Assembly (NCBI GenBank): GCA_963754925.1
Contig: CAVWHX010000003.1
Span: 128,001 to 192,000, forward strand
Length of the DNA: 64,000 nucleotides
Reading direction: 5' to 3'
Source: an uncultured delta proteobacterium
GTDB lineage: Bacteria > Myxococcota > B64-G9
The position numbers and the translations under genes are program-made. Below are positions 1 to 10,388 of this stretch, piece by piece (position 1 is the first letter of the stretch; each line of letters begins with the position of its first letter). Below the pieces are notes generated by a model. The model saw nothing but the letters and a program-made list of their open reading frames with translations. It was not told the origin of the DNA and did no database searches.

Positions 1-103
1 GGCCATCGTAAGCTATCTCGAGGAGCAAGCCCGCGCGGCCTTGCTTCCTCCCGATCAATCCGTTGAGGCGGTTCCAACCGACAACCCGGCAGTGAAAGAG
101 TGA
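1..103 (+). CDS. 3' end of an upstream gene, probably NusA (partial)
   Basis: Open frame from nt 2 (AIVSYLEEQARAALL...AVKE) ends at TGA 101-103 and overlaps the next GTG start. Identity is inferred only from nusA-ylxR-infB synteny. Confidence 0.4.
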   Translation, partial: AIVSYLEEQARAALLPPDQSVEAVPTDNPAVKE

Positions 104-825
104 TACGGAGGCATACGCTGGCGTCAACCCGCAACAAAAGATCCGGCCGACGGGCCGGTTCGTTTCGGCTCTGTGTCGGCTGCCGACAGCGCCTGCCGCG
201 CACGCGTATGTTGCGATTGGTAGCGACGAAGGACGGCGTTCTGCTACCCGACCCGAACGGCCGGCTTCCCGGGCGCGGAGCGCACCTTTGCCCTGACTTA
301 CGCTGCATTATCCAGGCCGAGCGCAATCAAGCTCTCACGCGGACGTTGCGCGCCACGGTGCGTCTGAGTGACCCGGTTCGAATTGTTCTTACCTGCGCTG
401 CCGCCTACCATCACCACGCCCTCGAACTGCTCGAACGCAGCGCTCGCATCGGCGCCATGACGCTGAGCGACGAAAGGACGCACGCGGCGTTACGCTCTGG
501 AGCGGTGGCATTGCTCATACTCGCGACGGACGCCCCAAACAAGGCGATCCACCGGTATACAGAAGAAACAGAGCGGCGCCCACTGCCAACATACCGCGAC
601 TTCAGCGCGGCAGAGCTTTCGCAGATTGCCGGCGGTCAACCGCTTTGCGGCGCCGGAGTCCTCCATCGCGGCATCGCCTGCCGCCTCAATGATCAGTTGT
701 ACAAAACGTCCCGACTGCTTGATTCGGTGCGACTTCAAAACAATCAATCCCAGCGGCATTTGACAGCGGGAGAAGTATTCGACATGATGCCGCAAGAGAT
801 ATCCGGTCAATGGGCCGGCCGGTGA
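100..825 (+). CDS. YlxR/DUF448 RNA-binding domain fused to an L7Ae/YlxQ-like domain
   Basis: N-half has RLCVGCR...MLRLV...GRGAHLC (DUF448). C-half has ALLILATDA...AELSQIAG (L7Ae-like). Lies directly upstream of infB. Confidence 0.8.
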   Translation: MIRRHTLASTRNKRSGRRAGSFRLCVGCRQRLPRTRMLRLVATKDGVLLPDPNGRLPGRGAHLCPDLRCIIQAERNQALTRTLRATVRLSDPVRIVLTCAAAYHHHALELLERSARIGAMTLSDERTHAALRSGAVALLILATDAPNKAIHRYTEETERRPLPTYRDFSAAELSQIAGGQPLCGAGVLHRGIACRLNDQLYKTSRLLDSVRLQNNQSQRHLTAGEVFDMMPQEISGQWAGR

Positions 826-838
826 ACAAGGTGTTTCG

Positions 839-3446
839 ATGGCTAAGATACGGGTGTATGAGATTGCCAAAGAAGTGAACATCGAGAGTAAGGTCTTGGT
901 GGCCAAGCTGCAGGCTATGGGCTACGACGTAAAAAGCCACGCCAGCGCCATGGACGAAGCCGAAGGGCGCGAGGTGATCGAGCGCATCAAGGCTGAGACC
1001 AAGGCGAATGTGGTTGAGAAGCGCGTGAGCACCGGAATTATTCGCCGCCGCGCCAAGTCGAGCGGAGCCTCCCCAGAAAGCGACGTCTCAACGCATCTCG
1101 AAGAGCAGCCGGCTGTGGAATCAGTGCTGGAGAAACCGTCGTTGCGGATAATCGAGCCAATCCCGGCCGGACATGAGCGCGGTCAAGAACACGTCGCCGA
1201 GGAAACGTTAAGCACAACGGCCGCTGCCGAATTTTCCCAATCGGTTGAGCCGTCTCCCCTCGAACCCGCACCTGAGCCGGTTGCGCCTGTCGAACCGCCG
1301 ACAGCGCAAAAACACCCGCGACCTATCAAAGAGGGTGGGTCGGGCTTTTACCGGGCCCAGGTAATCCGGCGCCCGACCACGATTGAAACCGCACCGGTGC
1401 AAGCTCAGGTGGTGTCGCGGCCCGCCGCTCCGGCAGAGGCCAAACCGACGGGTATTCGAGTGCTCAAGGTTATACCCGGCAAGGAGGGCCGCGGACATGA
1501 GTTCATCGACATGTCCAAGCCCGAAAAGGGCAAGCGCCCCAAGACGGCACGGGAAACGCGGGCCGACCTGCGCGAACAGCTCTTTGATGTTTTTTCGACC
1601 GAATATGTGCCGGGTTCTCGCCGCAAGCGTATGGGGCGCAAAGCCGGCCGCAAGACCGAGGTGACTACTCCCAAGGAAATCAAACGCGTGATCAAGATGG
1701 AGGGCTATCAGATCTCTTCGGGCGATCTCGCCAAGCGCATGGGGGTTAAACTCCGCGACGTCAACACCAAACTACAAGAGATGGGCGAGGCGATCGAAGA
1801 TCCGACCTCAGAACGTTCCATGGATCTCGAGACCGCCGTGCTGTTGGCGCAAGAGTTCGGCCACGAAGTCCAAGATGTTTCGTTCAAGGAAGAAGATCCT
1901 GAAGGCGGCGGCAAATCAGGAAACGCCCGCCGACCGAGTCCACCGCCCACCCGTCGTTACGGTCATGGGCCACGTCGACCACGGTAAGACCTCAATTCTG
2001 GATGCGATCCGCACCACCAACGTGGCTGGCGGCGAAGAAGGCGGCATCACGCAACACATCGGCGCCTACGAAGTCATGCTTCCGAAAGGCACGATTACCT
2101 TTATTGACACTCCCGGCCATGAAGCCTTCGCCGCCATGCGAGCGCGCGGGGCGAGCGTTACCGATTTGGTGGTGCTCGTGGTCGCGGCCGACGATGGGAT
2201 CATGCCCCAAACCATAGAGGCCATCCATCATGCACAGGCGGCCAAGGTTCCCGTTGTCGTCGCCATCAATAAAGTCGATCTCCCCGCCGCGCAACCCGAT
2301 CGGGTGCGCCAGGCCCTGACCGAGTACAGTCTCGTCTCCGAGCAATGGGGTGGCGACACCCAAATGGTTGAAGTTTCCGCCAAGACCAAGCATGGACTGA
2401 ACGAATTGCTCGACAGCCTGCTGGTGCAGGCTGAAATGATGGAACTCTCCGGCAACCCCAAGAAACCGGCCACGGGTGCAATTCTCGAAGCGCGCCTGGA
2501 CAAGGGACGCGGACCGGTGGCGACCTTGTTGATCAAAGACGGTACGCTCCAACGCGGGGATGTGCTGGTGGTCGGAACCACGTTCGGTCGCGCTCGCATG
2601 ATGTTCAATTTCGAGGGTGAACCCATCGATGCGGTAACCCCGGGCCGGCCGGTACAGGTGCAAGGCCTGAGCGAGGTGCCGTTGGCCGGCGAATCGTTCC
2701 ATGTGGTCCCGAGCGAACGCGAGGCGAAAAAGTTAGTGGACCACCGGCTTGAGGAGCAAAAACTGCAGCGCTCGGGGCAAACCGCCGCGTTGTCGCTTGA
2801 GGATTTCTACGAACGCCTTGCGGGAAGCGAAAAACTTGAGCTCAAGGTGATGATCAAGGCCGACGTCCAAGGTTCGTGCGAGGCGGTGCGCCAAGCGGTC
2901 GAGAAATTGAGCCACCCCCGGGTCTCGATTAAGGTCATACACCATGGGGTTGGCGCCATCACCGAGACCGACATTAACCTGGCCTCGGCCTCAAAGGCAC
3001 TCTTGGTTGGCTTCAATGTCAGACCCGATCCGAATGCCAAGAAGCTGGCGCAAACCGTGGGGGTAGATATTCGCACCTACAAGATCATCTACGATCTCAC
3101 CGAAGACGTCCGCCAGGCGCAAACCGGCTTGTTACCGGCGACAGTAAAAGAAAACATCATCGGTCGTGCCGAAGTTCGCGATCTGTTTAATGTGCCGAAG
3201 ATTGGAACCGTCGCGGGGGTTATGGTGGTCGACGGCAAGCTGCAGCGCGGCGCCTTCATTCGATTACTGCGCGATTCGGTCGAGGTCCACCAAGGCAAGA
3301 TGTCGTCGTTGAAACGTTTCAAAGAGGATGTCCGCGAGGTCGCCAATGGTTTCGAGTGCGGCATCGGAATTGAAAATTTCAACGACATCAAGCGGGGGGA
3401 CATTATCGAGGCTTTCATACGCGAGGAAGAGCGCCCCACGCTCTAG
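839..3446 (+). CDS. infB: Translation initiation factor IF-2, split by one frameshift near 1886-1899
   Basis: ORF 839-1987 gives the IF2 N-terminus ([12 protein letters not shown]). ORF 1875-3446 gives the G domain ([25 protein letters not shown]) and C-terminus (GFECGI). Confidence 0.97.
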
Positions 3447-3549
3447 CAAAAAGCAAGGACAACTTCTGCAGAATTACTTCGTTTGTGTTGTATAAAGCGG
3501 TTCTTTTATATTTGTTGCGGCAAAGCGACCTTGTGAAATTCGGTTTTGT

Positions 3550-3595
3550 TGTCATCCCCGCGAAGGCGGGGAACCAGAAAATCCCCTGAGGGGAT
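3550..3595. repeat. REP-type palindrome plus a small hairpin
   Basis: TGTCATCCCCGCGAAGGCGGGGAACCAG (3550-3577) resembles the widespread GTCATTCCCGCGAAGGCGGGAATCCAG repeat. It is followed by the hairpin ATCCCCTGAGGGGAT. Confidence 0.75.
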
Positions 3596-3616
3596 GAAAA
3601 AGTCTTTGAGGGATGT

Positions 3617-3904
3617 ATGGTTGTTGGTGTCGTTCGCCTAACACTGCAAATTCCGGAAAACGATTCTCTCAAGGGTAAACGCCGGGTGGTAAAGCACATC
3701 ATCGAGCGCACCCGGAACCGCTTTGATATAGCAATTGCTGAAACCGATCTTCAGGATAGCCATCGCGAAGCCGAATTAGGGCTCGTCTGCGTTGGCAACG
3801 ACCGGCGGGTGGTTAATTCGGTACTCGACCGAGCAATAGGGTATATCGACTCACTCGGCGCCGCGTTTATCACCGGCAACGTTCTTGAGATACTTAATAT
3901 CTAG
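3617..3904 (+). CDS. DUF503 (YlxP) family protein
   Basis: MVVGVVRLTLQIPENDSLKGKRRVVK...RNRFDIAIAETDLQD; usual position after infB. Confidence 0.92.
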   Translation: MVVGVVRLTLQIPENDSLKGKRRVVKHIIERTRNRFDIAIAETDLQDSHREAELGLVCVGNDRRVVNSVLDRAIGYIDSLGAAFITGNVLEILNI

Positions 3905-4040
3905 TAAACTCACTTCGTGAGCGATATCTCTAGCCCCCTTCGGGGGTTTAGAGATTCTTGCTGAGCGCAGTGAAGATAGAATCCTCTAACCCCCTTCGGG
4001 GGTAAGAGGCTGTAACTCCCTTCGGTCGTAACAGCCTCTA
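3902..4040. repeat. Tandem array of hairpin modules between convergent genes
   Basis: Two CCCCCTTCGGGGG hairpins (3934-3946, 3990-4002) alternate with long TAGAG/TAAGAG...CTCTA hairpins. Could also act as a bidirectional terminator. Confidence 0.75.
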
Positions 4041-4676
4041 AAAGTGCGCGGCTACCCCAAGCCTGCCTTCGACCGGTATGGCGTAATAGTGTGGATAAAC
4101 CTCGACAAAGTAGGGAAGAATATCCGCTTCTATGAACAACCCGAAACCGCCCCAAACCCATTCGACGCCGAAACCAAATAACAATCCAGGCAGAAATACG
4201 TTGTCGCTCTGATTGTATCTGTTAACCCGAAAGGTCAGAGGTACAGCTGCTCGGAAGTATAGTTGTTGATGAAAGAATTTCGGCAAGAAAAGGCGGATTC
4301 CCGGTCGAAGGCTCATCCAGACGAAAGTTTCAGCTCCAACATCGACATTGTAGTAGCGAGCATAGTAATTGTAGCCATAATAGTCGAATGAAAAGTTGAT
4401 CGCCAGGTCTAATGACAAAAACCTCGTCAATCGATACCCCACGAGCAACTCAAAATCGAACGGCGCAACATACGTCGAGTCACAGGAAAAATCATCACAT
4501 CGATAGGTTATATATCCCCCCTCGGCGATCGAGAAGTTGAGATCCAACCGACGCATCCGTTCATAACCCCTTTCGGGTTCTGCGGGCGGATAGTAGTATC
4601 CTTGTGCTTCGGCTGCGCTGCTTAAAACCAGCAAACCCGAAATAAACGTAACGGCGGTTAATAATTTCTCATTCAT
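4038..4676 (-). CDS. Hypothetical secreted protein, probable small outer-membrane beta-barrel
   Basis: Signal peptide (MNEKLLTAVTFISGLLVLSSAAEA), aromatic-rich alternating strands, C-terminal Phe (GRLGVAAHF). Starts 1 nt after the psd stop. Confidence 0.6.
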   Translation of the reverse strand: MNEKLLTAVTFISGLLVLSSAAEAQGYYYPPAEPERGYERMRRLDLNFSIAEGGYITYRCDDFSCDSTYVAPFDFELLVGYRLTRFLSLDLAINFSFDYYGYNYYARYYNVDVGAETFVWMSLRPGIRLFLPKFFHQQLYFRAAVPLTFRVNRYNQSDNVFLPGLLFGFGVEWVWGGFGLFIEADILPYFVEVYPHYYAIPVEGRLGVAAHF

Positions 4677-4677
4677 T

Positions 4678-5568
4678 TTATTTTTTTCTCCTTTTCGGTT
4701 GCTTCGGAGAAGCGGTCTTGTCACCCAGGATAGTCCCTATACCCTGCCCCATGCATATCGACATTCCCACCTGAAGTTTATCAAAGTGGGCACGGTCTGG
4801 TTCAAGAATCAGCACCACGGTTGAACCCATCTCAAAAACCGCAACCTCACTGCCTTTAGAGACGTCACAAGGCTTGGGGAAATTCTCATGCTGCAGGCAC
4901 GCGCCAGCTTGGTTGGTGACAACATCGCTAAAAAGCAAGCGAATGGAGCCAACACAATGAGCGCCGACCATCACCAATGCTAGGTTTCCAGCGGGAGTAT
5001 CGGCATAGAGCACCAGGCGCTCATTTTGAGTATAAAGCCCCTCAATCCACTGAATGCTCGGGGGATTTACCGGCAAGAGGCAGCCGGGCATATATGAAAA
5101 ACCAGTAATGTGCAGATCGACGGGAGCATGAATACGGTGGTAGTTATAGGGACTCAGGTAAATAGTTGCATACGATCCATTCTCATATTTCCGTGACCTG
5201 AGCTCATCAGCGAGAAGATCGCCAAGACTATAGCTGATGCCCTTAACTTGAAGTATGCGGTCGTGGTCACAGACACCCATCGAAACTACCCGGCCATCGA
5301 CCGGGGAGACAATGACGCCAGGGTCGGGGTCGATCGGCCGCACGCCTGCTTTCAAGCGGCGGGTAAAGAAATCATTGAGGGTTGGATAAGCATCAAGAGC
5401 CAGCTCGGCTTCAGAAACATCGATTCCCCAGAGCCAGGCAAAGGCGGGAATCACCCGGCGCGAGGCGGCTGCACGGGAAAATCTGCCCCATACACGCGAT
5501 ATCGAGTTGGTCGGTAAAAAACGAAAACTCTCTGCTTTCAGTCGGCTGAGGGATTCTAGTAGCCCCAT
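4678..5568 (-). CDS. psd: Phosphatidylserine decarboxylase proenzyme
   Basis: FFTRRLK, SPVDG, YLSPYNYHRIHAP, NER and the self-cleavage motif FEMGST. Confidence 0.93.
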   Translation of the reverse strand: MGLLESLSRLKAESFRFLPTNSISRVWGRFSRAAASRRVIPAFAWLWGIDVSEAELALDAYPTLNDFFTRRLKAGVRPIDPDPGVIVSPVDGRVVSMGVCDHDRILQVKGISYSLGDLLADELRSRKYENGSYATIYLSPYNYHRIHAPVDLHITGFSYMPGCLLPVNPPSIQWIEGLYTQNERLVLYADTPAGNLALVMVGAHCVGSIRLLFSDVVTNQAGACLQHENFPKPCDVSKGSEVAVFEMGSTVVLILEPDRAHFDKLQVGMSICMGQGIGTILGDKTASPKQPKRRKK

Positions 5569-5643
5569 GGTACTCCTCGTGGCGTTCTGGGAACCTTACC
5601 ATTCTACGGTCGGCCAACGCAAGGATTCGGCGGCAACCGATGC

Positions 5644-7626
5644 TCAACCGGAGGTGATATTAACCGACCAGCGTTCGAGGTACTCGGTGGACGAAATTTC
5701 CTCGATAAAACGAGATGGTCGCAACAACACCCTGCGTCGGCCCGATCGATCCGCTGCCATGGGGTACACCACATACAGCTCCTCCATGGTGCGGGTGAGC
5801 GCCACATAAAACAGCCGACGTTCCTCCGCTTCGCCGCCCGCTTCGAGCAATGCCCGTGGATGGGGGAACCCGCCCTCGTTGAGACCAATTAAAAAAACCA
5901 CCATCCACTCCAGACCCTTGGCCTGGTGAATGGTGCTGAGTATCAGGCGCTCGTCAGACTCCTTTGAACCGATTACTTCTTCGGTCCCAAAACTCGCCAG
6001 AAGATGCAATTCCGAAAGAAAGCTTTGGATTGAATCGAATCGATCCGCATAGTCGCCGAGCCGTTCAAGATCGTCGGCGCGAACTTTCGGGTTCGGGTAC
6101 ACCCGTGCGAGCAGCTCGCGATATCCTTGGTCGAGAACCGCTTGAATTACGCCACCAGGATTATTCGTTTCTTTTCCAAGGTAGCCAGAAAAAAAACTCG
6201 TCAGCCTCTGGATGGCGTCTCGTCCGCGTTTGGGAATTTCCTCCATGCGAAATCGCTTCACCAAAAATTCAAGTGGATTATTGTCTTGCTTGATCTCATT
6301 GAAGATTCGGGCCGCCAACTGCCTACCAATGCCGGGCTGCAACTTCAACACGCGCATCCATGAAAGCTCGTCATGTGAATTTTCTAAGATGCGCAGGTAG
6401 GCAATTACATCTTTAATATGGGCTTGCTCGAAGAAACGCACGCCGGAGCGAACCAGATAGGGTATCTTACGCCGAGTTAGCTCAACCTGCAGCTCGAGAC
6501 TGTGATGGTGGGCGCGGTATAGTACCGCCATTTTGTTCAGGTTTATACCTTCCTGGGCAAGCTCCGTTACCCGCTGGGCCACAAAGGCGGCCTGGGTATC
6601 GTTATCGGGCACCGGTATCAAGGCGGGCAAAGGACCGTCCGGCTGTTTGCCGAAAAGTTCCTTTGGTACTTGTTGGCGGTTTTGGCGAATCGCCGCATTC
6701 GCCAACGCAAGGATTTGCGGACTGCTGCGGTAGTTTTGCTCGAGTTTAAAGAGCATTGCAGAAGGCCAGCGTTCGATAAAACGGGGGATGTTATTGGGAT
6801 CGGCCCCCCGGAAACTATAAATTGACTGCGCATCGTCTCCCACAACGGTCAGGTTGCCGTTCTCGCGAGCAAAAAGGTCAACAATGCCGCACTGCAAAGC
6901 GTTGGTATCTTGATACTCATCCACCAAGACATGCCGCAACTTTCTGGAGATATTCCTTGAAACATCATGGTTATCTTCCAAAATAATTTTGAGATTCAGC
7001 AGCAAATCATCAAAATCCATGGCGTTGCAGGCTCGTTTACGTTTCCGAAAGTCACGCGCCAGCGCTAAAATATCATCGAGGTAGGGAAGCAGCTCTGGAG
7101 TGTGATGCAGAATAACTTGATCTAACGGTTGTAACGTATTGACGGCGAAACTAATCGGCTCAATGATGGCTGCGGGTCGTGGAAGAAGTCGATCGCTACG
7201 AGGCGTATACTCAGCCATACAACTGGCCAGCAGATCCTGGCTATCTTCCTCGTCCAAAATGGAGTACCCCGTTTCGTACCCGAGCTTATTGGCTTGGGTG
7301 CGCAGAATACGGTTAGCGACATGGTGAAAGGTGCCGCCGAGAACCTGTCGTGCTTGACCGCCAATTAACTCCTCGACGCGATTGAGCATCACGTGGGCGG
7401 CTTTGTTGGTAAAGGTACAGAGCAGTATCTCATCAGGAGGCACCCCACCTTCAAGCAACCGCGCTACTCTGAAGACCAAGGTGCGGGTTTTGCCGGTGCC
7501 TGCGCCAGCGATTACCAAAATCGCTCCCTCTCTCGCCATAACTACCTCAAGCTGCTGAGGGTTTAATGCAGAGGAGTAATCAACCGTAGAACCCGAAGAA
7601 GAAGTCGCAAGGCGGTAAGTCTTCAT
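5644..7626 (-). CDS. UvrD/PcrA/Rep family SF1 DNA helicase
   Basis: AGAGTGKT, TFTNKAA, DEYQDTN, GDDAQSIYSFRGA, NYRS, STIHQAKGLEW, EERRLFYVALTR. Confidence 0.95.
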   Translation of the reverse strand: MKTYRLATSSSGSTVDYSSALNPQQLEVVMAREGAILVIAGAGTGKTRTLVFRVARLLEGGVPPDEILLCTFTNKAAHVMLNRVEELIGGQARQVLGGTFHHVANRILRTQANKLGYETGYSILDEEDSQDLLASCMAEYTPRSDRLLPRPAAIIEPISFAVNTLQPLDQVILHHTPELLPYLDDILALARDFRKRKRACNAMDFDDLLLNLKIILEDNHDVSRNISRKLRHVLVDEYQDTNALQCGIVDLFARENGNLTVVGDDAQSIYSFRGADPNNIPRFIERWPSAMLFKLEQNYRSSPQILALANAAIRQNRQQVPKELFGKQPDGPLPALIPVPDNDTQAAFVAQRVTELAQEGINLNKMAVLYRAHHHSLELQVELTRRKIPYLVRSGVRFFEQAHIKDVIAYLRILENSHDELSWMRVLKLQPGIGRQLAARIFNEIKQDNNPLEFLVKRFRMEEIPKRGRDAIQRLTSFFSGYLGKETNNPGGVIQAVLDQGYRELLARVYPNPKVRADDLERLGDYADRFDSIQSFLSELHLLASFGTEEVIGSKESDERLILSTIHQAKGLEWMVVFLIGLNEGGFPHPRALLEAGGEAEERRLFYVALTRTMEELYVVYPMAADRSGRRRVLLRPSRFIEEISSTEYLERWSVNITSG

Positions 7627-7844
7627 GTAATCCCAATGCGGTACATCCGCAACCAGAAATGATTCTCAAGGCGCCTCAGTAGTTGGTCATTGGTAAAAAT
7701 AAAAGTGAAACCATTTACTTACTAAATAAAAAGTTGACGTTGGATAACACTTATGAAAAAGAAACGCAATGGGTAAATAAATATATGTAGGATAATGTGG
7801 TATATTTCTTGACATAATTATTTTCTTTGAGATAAACCCAAGTC

Positions 7845-8696
7845 ATGAGGAATATCGCGATGGACAAGCATATTCTGAGTCTTGTGATCGTGATCATACC
7901 TTTATCGGCGGCAGCCCAGGCAATTGGTGCGAGTTCAGCTCCACCATCATTTCGTCATCCAACCCTTCAAGTAGAGGAATCCGCTACCAATAATGAAAAC
8001 CATGGAAAGTTCAATCCCACCTCGCCCGTTGAAAAGATTATTGAACGTTGCGAACGTAGCTACCGTCATTCTGTTTTAAATACGTGCGAAAAATGGTCAG
8101 TCGCTTCGATTGAAAAAGCGCATCAGCCTGAGCTAAAACTAGATCCGATGGTAGTACAACATCGATTGGATATCGCCTCACGGGCGCGCGCCTTATTGAA
8201 GAATCCTCATTTTGTTGTTGGTGAAAGAGATTATCACGCAGATTGTTCTGGGTTGGTGCTGGCCGTATTTGCGGCTGAGAACAATCCTCTGGAGGAATTA
8301 CTCAAAGACGCCAAACCCGGCGAGAGTTACGTTTCGGCACTTCATCGGGCCGCGGCCAAACGCGGGTTACTCCACAAACATCGCGTTCCCGAAATAGGTG
8401 ACATCGTTTTTTTCGACAATACCTGGGATCGTAACATGGATGGCAAAGCAAACGATCCTCTGACGCACATCGGCATTGTTGAGCGAGTTGATCCAGACGG
8501 TACCATTTCATTCATCCACCACTCGCGGGGTGGCGTCTTACGATATAAAATGAACCTCTTTTCACCCGGGGTTCACCGAGATCCCAAGACAAACAAGGTT
8601 CTCAACCAGTATCTAGGGGTCTATTCGAAAAAATCCGTTCGCAAGTGGCAGCTTTCGGGTGAACTATTCAATTCATTTGCCACAATAGCTCGTTGA
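7845..8696 (+). CDS. Secreted NlpC/P60 (CHAP-like) cell-wall peptidase
   Basis: Signal peptide, DCSGLV catalytic Cys, GDIVFF, THIGIV His. Confidence 0.85.
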   Translation: MRNIAMDKHILSLVIVIIPLSAAAQAIGASSAPPSFRHPTLQVEESATNNENHGKFNPTSPVEKIIERCERSYRHSVLNTCEKWSVASIEKAHQPELKLDPMVVQHRLDIASRARALLKNPHFVVGERDYHADCSGLVLAVFAAENNPLEELLKDAKPGESYVSALHRAAAKRGLLHKHRVPEIGDIVFFDNTWDRNMDGKANDPLTHIGIVERVDPDGTISFIHHSRGGVLRYKMNLFSPGVHRDPKTNKVLNQYLGVYSKKSVRKWQLSGELFNSFATIAR

Positions 8697-8698
8697 GG

Positions 8699-9190
8699 CT
8701 ATTCCAGGCGAACCTCAACCAACGATACCTCGAGATTGATAGAGTCGAGCAGGGCCACGGTACGACGGCCAGAAACCCAACCGCATAATTCGCCAGGATT
8801 GATGAAGAGAACCTCCCCTTCTCTCTCTATCGTGGGGTTGTGGGTATGGCCTGAGATGACAATCCGGGCGCCGCTATGAATGATTTCGGCGCGCACTGAA
8901 CGGGTTATATCATGCACGACAACTACCTTTTTCCCATCTAAATTCAAGTGGTAAGGCCCAATTTGGATGCGGCCTTTTGACTTCTGGGTGAGGCCTTGTT
9001 GTTCGCCGTCGTTATTGCCAAAGACGCCGATCCAGGGGCAACGTAGCCCCTCAAGCGGCGCCAATGAAAAGGGCGCAACGAAGTCTCCGGCATGAATCAC
9101 AAACTCAACGTTTTTTTCATTGAAAATCTCCACAGCGCGCGTGAGGGCCGTGATATGATCGTGCGAATCTGATACTATTCCTACTTTCAT
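8699..9190 (-). CDS. YfcE/MJ0936 family metallophosphoesterase
   Basis: SDSHD, HAGD, GNND, GHTH and NPG motifs. Start taken at MKVGIVSD (9190). Confidence 0.92.
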   Translation of the reverse strand: MKVGIVSDSHDHITALTRAVEIFNEKNVEFVIHAGDFVAPFSLAPLEGLRCPWIGVFGNNDGEQQGLTQKSKGRIQIGPYHLNLDGKKVVVVHDITRSVRAEIIHSGARIVISGHTHNPTIEREGEVLFINPGELCGWVSGRRTVALLDSINLEVSLVEVRLE

Positions 9191-9269
9191 CGGCAACGCT
9201 CCGTGGACGTCCTCAAGCAAACCAGTATTTTCGACCGTATGGAGTTTTAACACCCCAGCGGGATACTTG

Positions 9270-9827
9270 TCAACGCCCACCCGAAACCGATGCAATTTTC
9301 TCGCCAACCATCGCGAACTTTCTGATCATCATAAGCCTCTTTTCACCGATACCTCGGACAGAAAGCAATTCCTCGAGACTTGAAAAACCGCCGCGTTCGT
9401 CTCTAGCGGCAACCATGCGTTGCGCGAGCACCGATCCTATCCCGGGGATTGCTTCTAGATCAACAGCACGCGCGGCGTTGAGATCGATCAACATTCCCGC
9501 CAGAAGAAAATGTTTCCCGGAAAGGGGGGTGTCCTCAACCTGACAGTTTCCGTCGGAATCCCGATGGACGTCGAACAGCCTTCCCTGGCGCGGGCGTTCC
9601 AAATGGCAGCGTGACGGCAAACCGACCTGCGCGGCAATCTCTTCCGGATTGCGATCGAGGTCCATGCATACAAAACCGGAGCGCTCAACCGCGCCAATTA
9701 TCTCTAGGCCCCTGCGACAGGGCTTCGCGGTGGCGATCGCGATCGAAAACAGCTCCGGAACATGACCGAGAACCGCCAGGATCAAAAGCAGCACCACGAG
9801 TCCTAGTTCTTGCCGCGTTCCCAACAC
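9270..9827 (-). CDS. comEA: ComEA-like helix-hairpin-helix DNA-binding protein
   Basis: N-terminal hydrophobic anchor and C-terminal IDLNAA...LEAIPGIG...LLSVRGIGEKR HhH pair. Confidence 0.8.
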   Translation of the reverse strand: MLGTRQELGLVVLLLILAVLGHVPELFSIAIATAKPCRRGLEIIGAVERSGFVCMDLDRNPEEIAAQVGLPSRCHLERPRQGRLFDVHRDSDGNCQVEDTPLSGKHFLLAGMLIDLNAARAVDLEAIPGIGSVLAQRMVAARDERGGFSSLEELLSVRGIGEKRLMMIRKFAMVGEKIASVSGGR

Positions 9828-9868
9828 GCCTCCCCGATGAATTCAATTTAAAAACGTATGCCGTTGTT

Positions 9869-10244
9869 CTAACAATTGGCCTCAAAGGCGTTTTGAATAA
9901 GCTCGATCTCGTTCTCCGGACCGAGAACCGCAATAACGTCAAAGCGAATCATGGTGTCGGTAATCCCTTCGTCCTGACAGTAGGCCATGGCTGCCCGGAT
10001 GATCTGTTGTTTCTTTCTCGGGGTAATGGTCTCGTGCCGGGTGCACCTGGGCGGGATCGCTTCGGGAGCGCACCTCGACAAAAACCAACGTATCGCCATC
10101 CATAGCCACGATATCGATTTCACCAATCTTGAAGCGTTTATTGCGCACGATAATGCGATAGCCACGTTTTTTTAAGAAAGCAGCGGCCAGATCCTCTGAA
10201 CTCTGACCCAACGACTGGCGGGTTTCCCCTGAAAGCGTGGACAT
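9869..10244 (-). CDS. yraN: YraN (UPF0102) family nuclease, frameshifted near 10035
   Basis: GQSSEDLAAAFL...GEIDIVA...LVFVEVRSR in one frame, then ITPRKKQQI...RFDVIAV...NAF in the next. Confidence 0.88.
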
Positions 10245-10388
10245 GGGGCCAGTATCGTCAAGGCGAAGCCGACTGTCAAAGGGATACTGCCGACAACACC
10301 TTGGCAAAAACGGGGTTTGCGCGTACTTGGTGTGATGGAAGTTGATCGATGCAATCGATGTACATTAGGATAGGTCCTGGGAGGAAAC

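Noticed and set aside
1875..1987. Programmed frameshift or naturally split IF2
   Set aside because: No canonical slippery heptamer, and similar indels recur across the window.
3902..4040. Hairpin array as a mini-CRISPR
   Set aside because: The repeated unit is only about 13-20 nt, the spacers are themselves related palindromes, and no cas genes are present.
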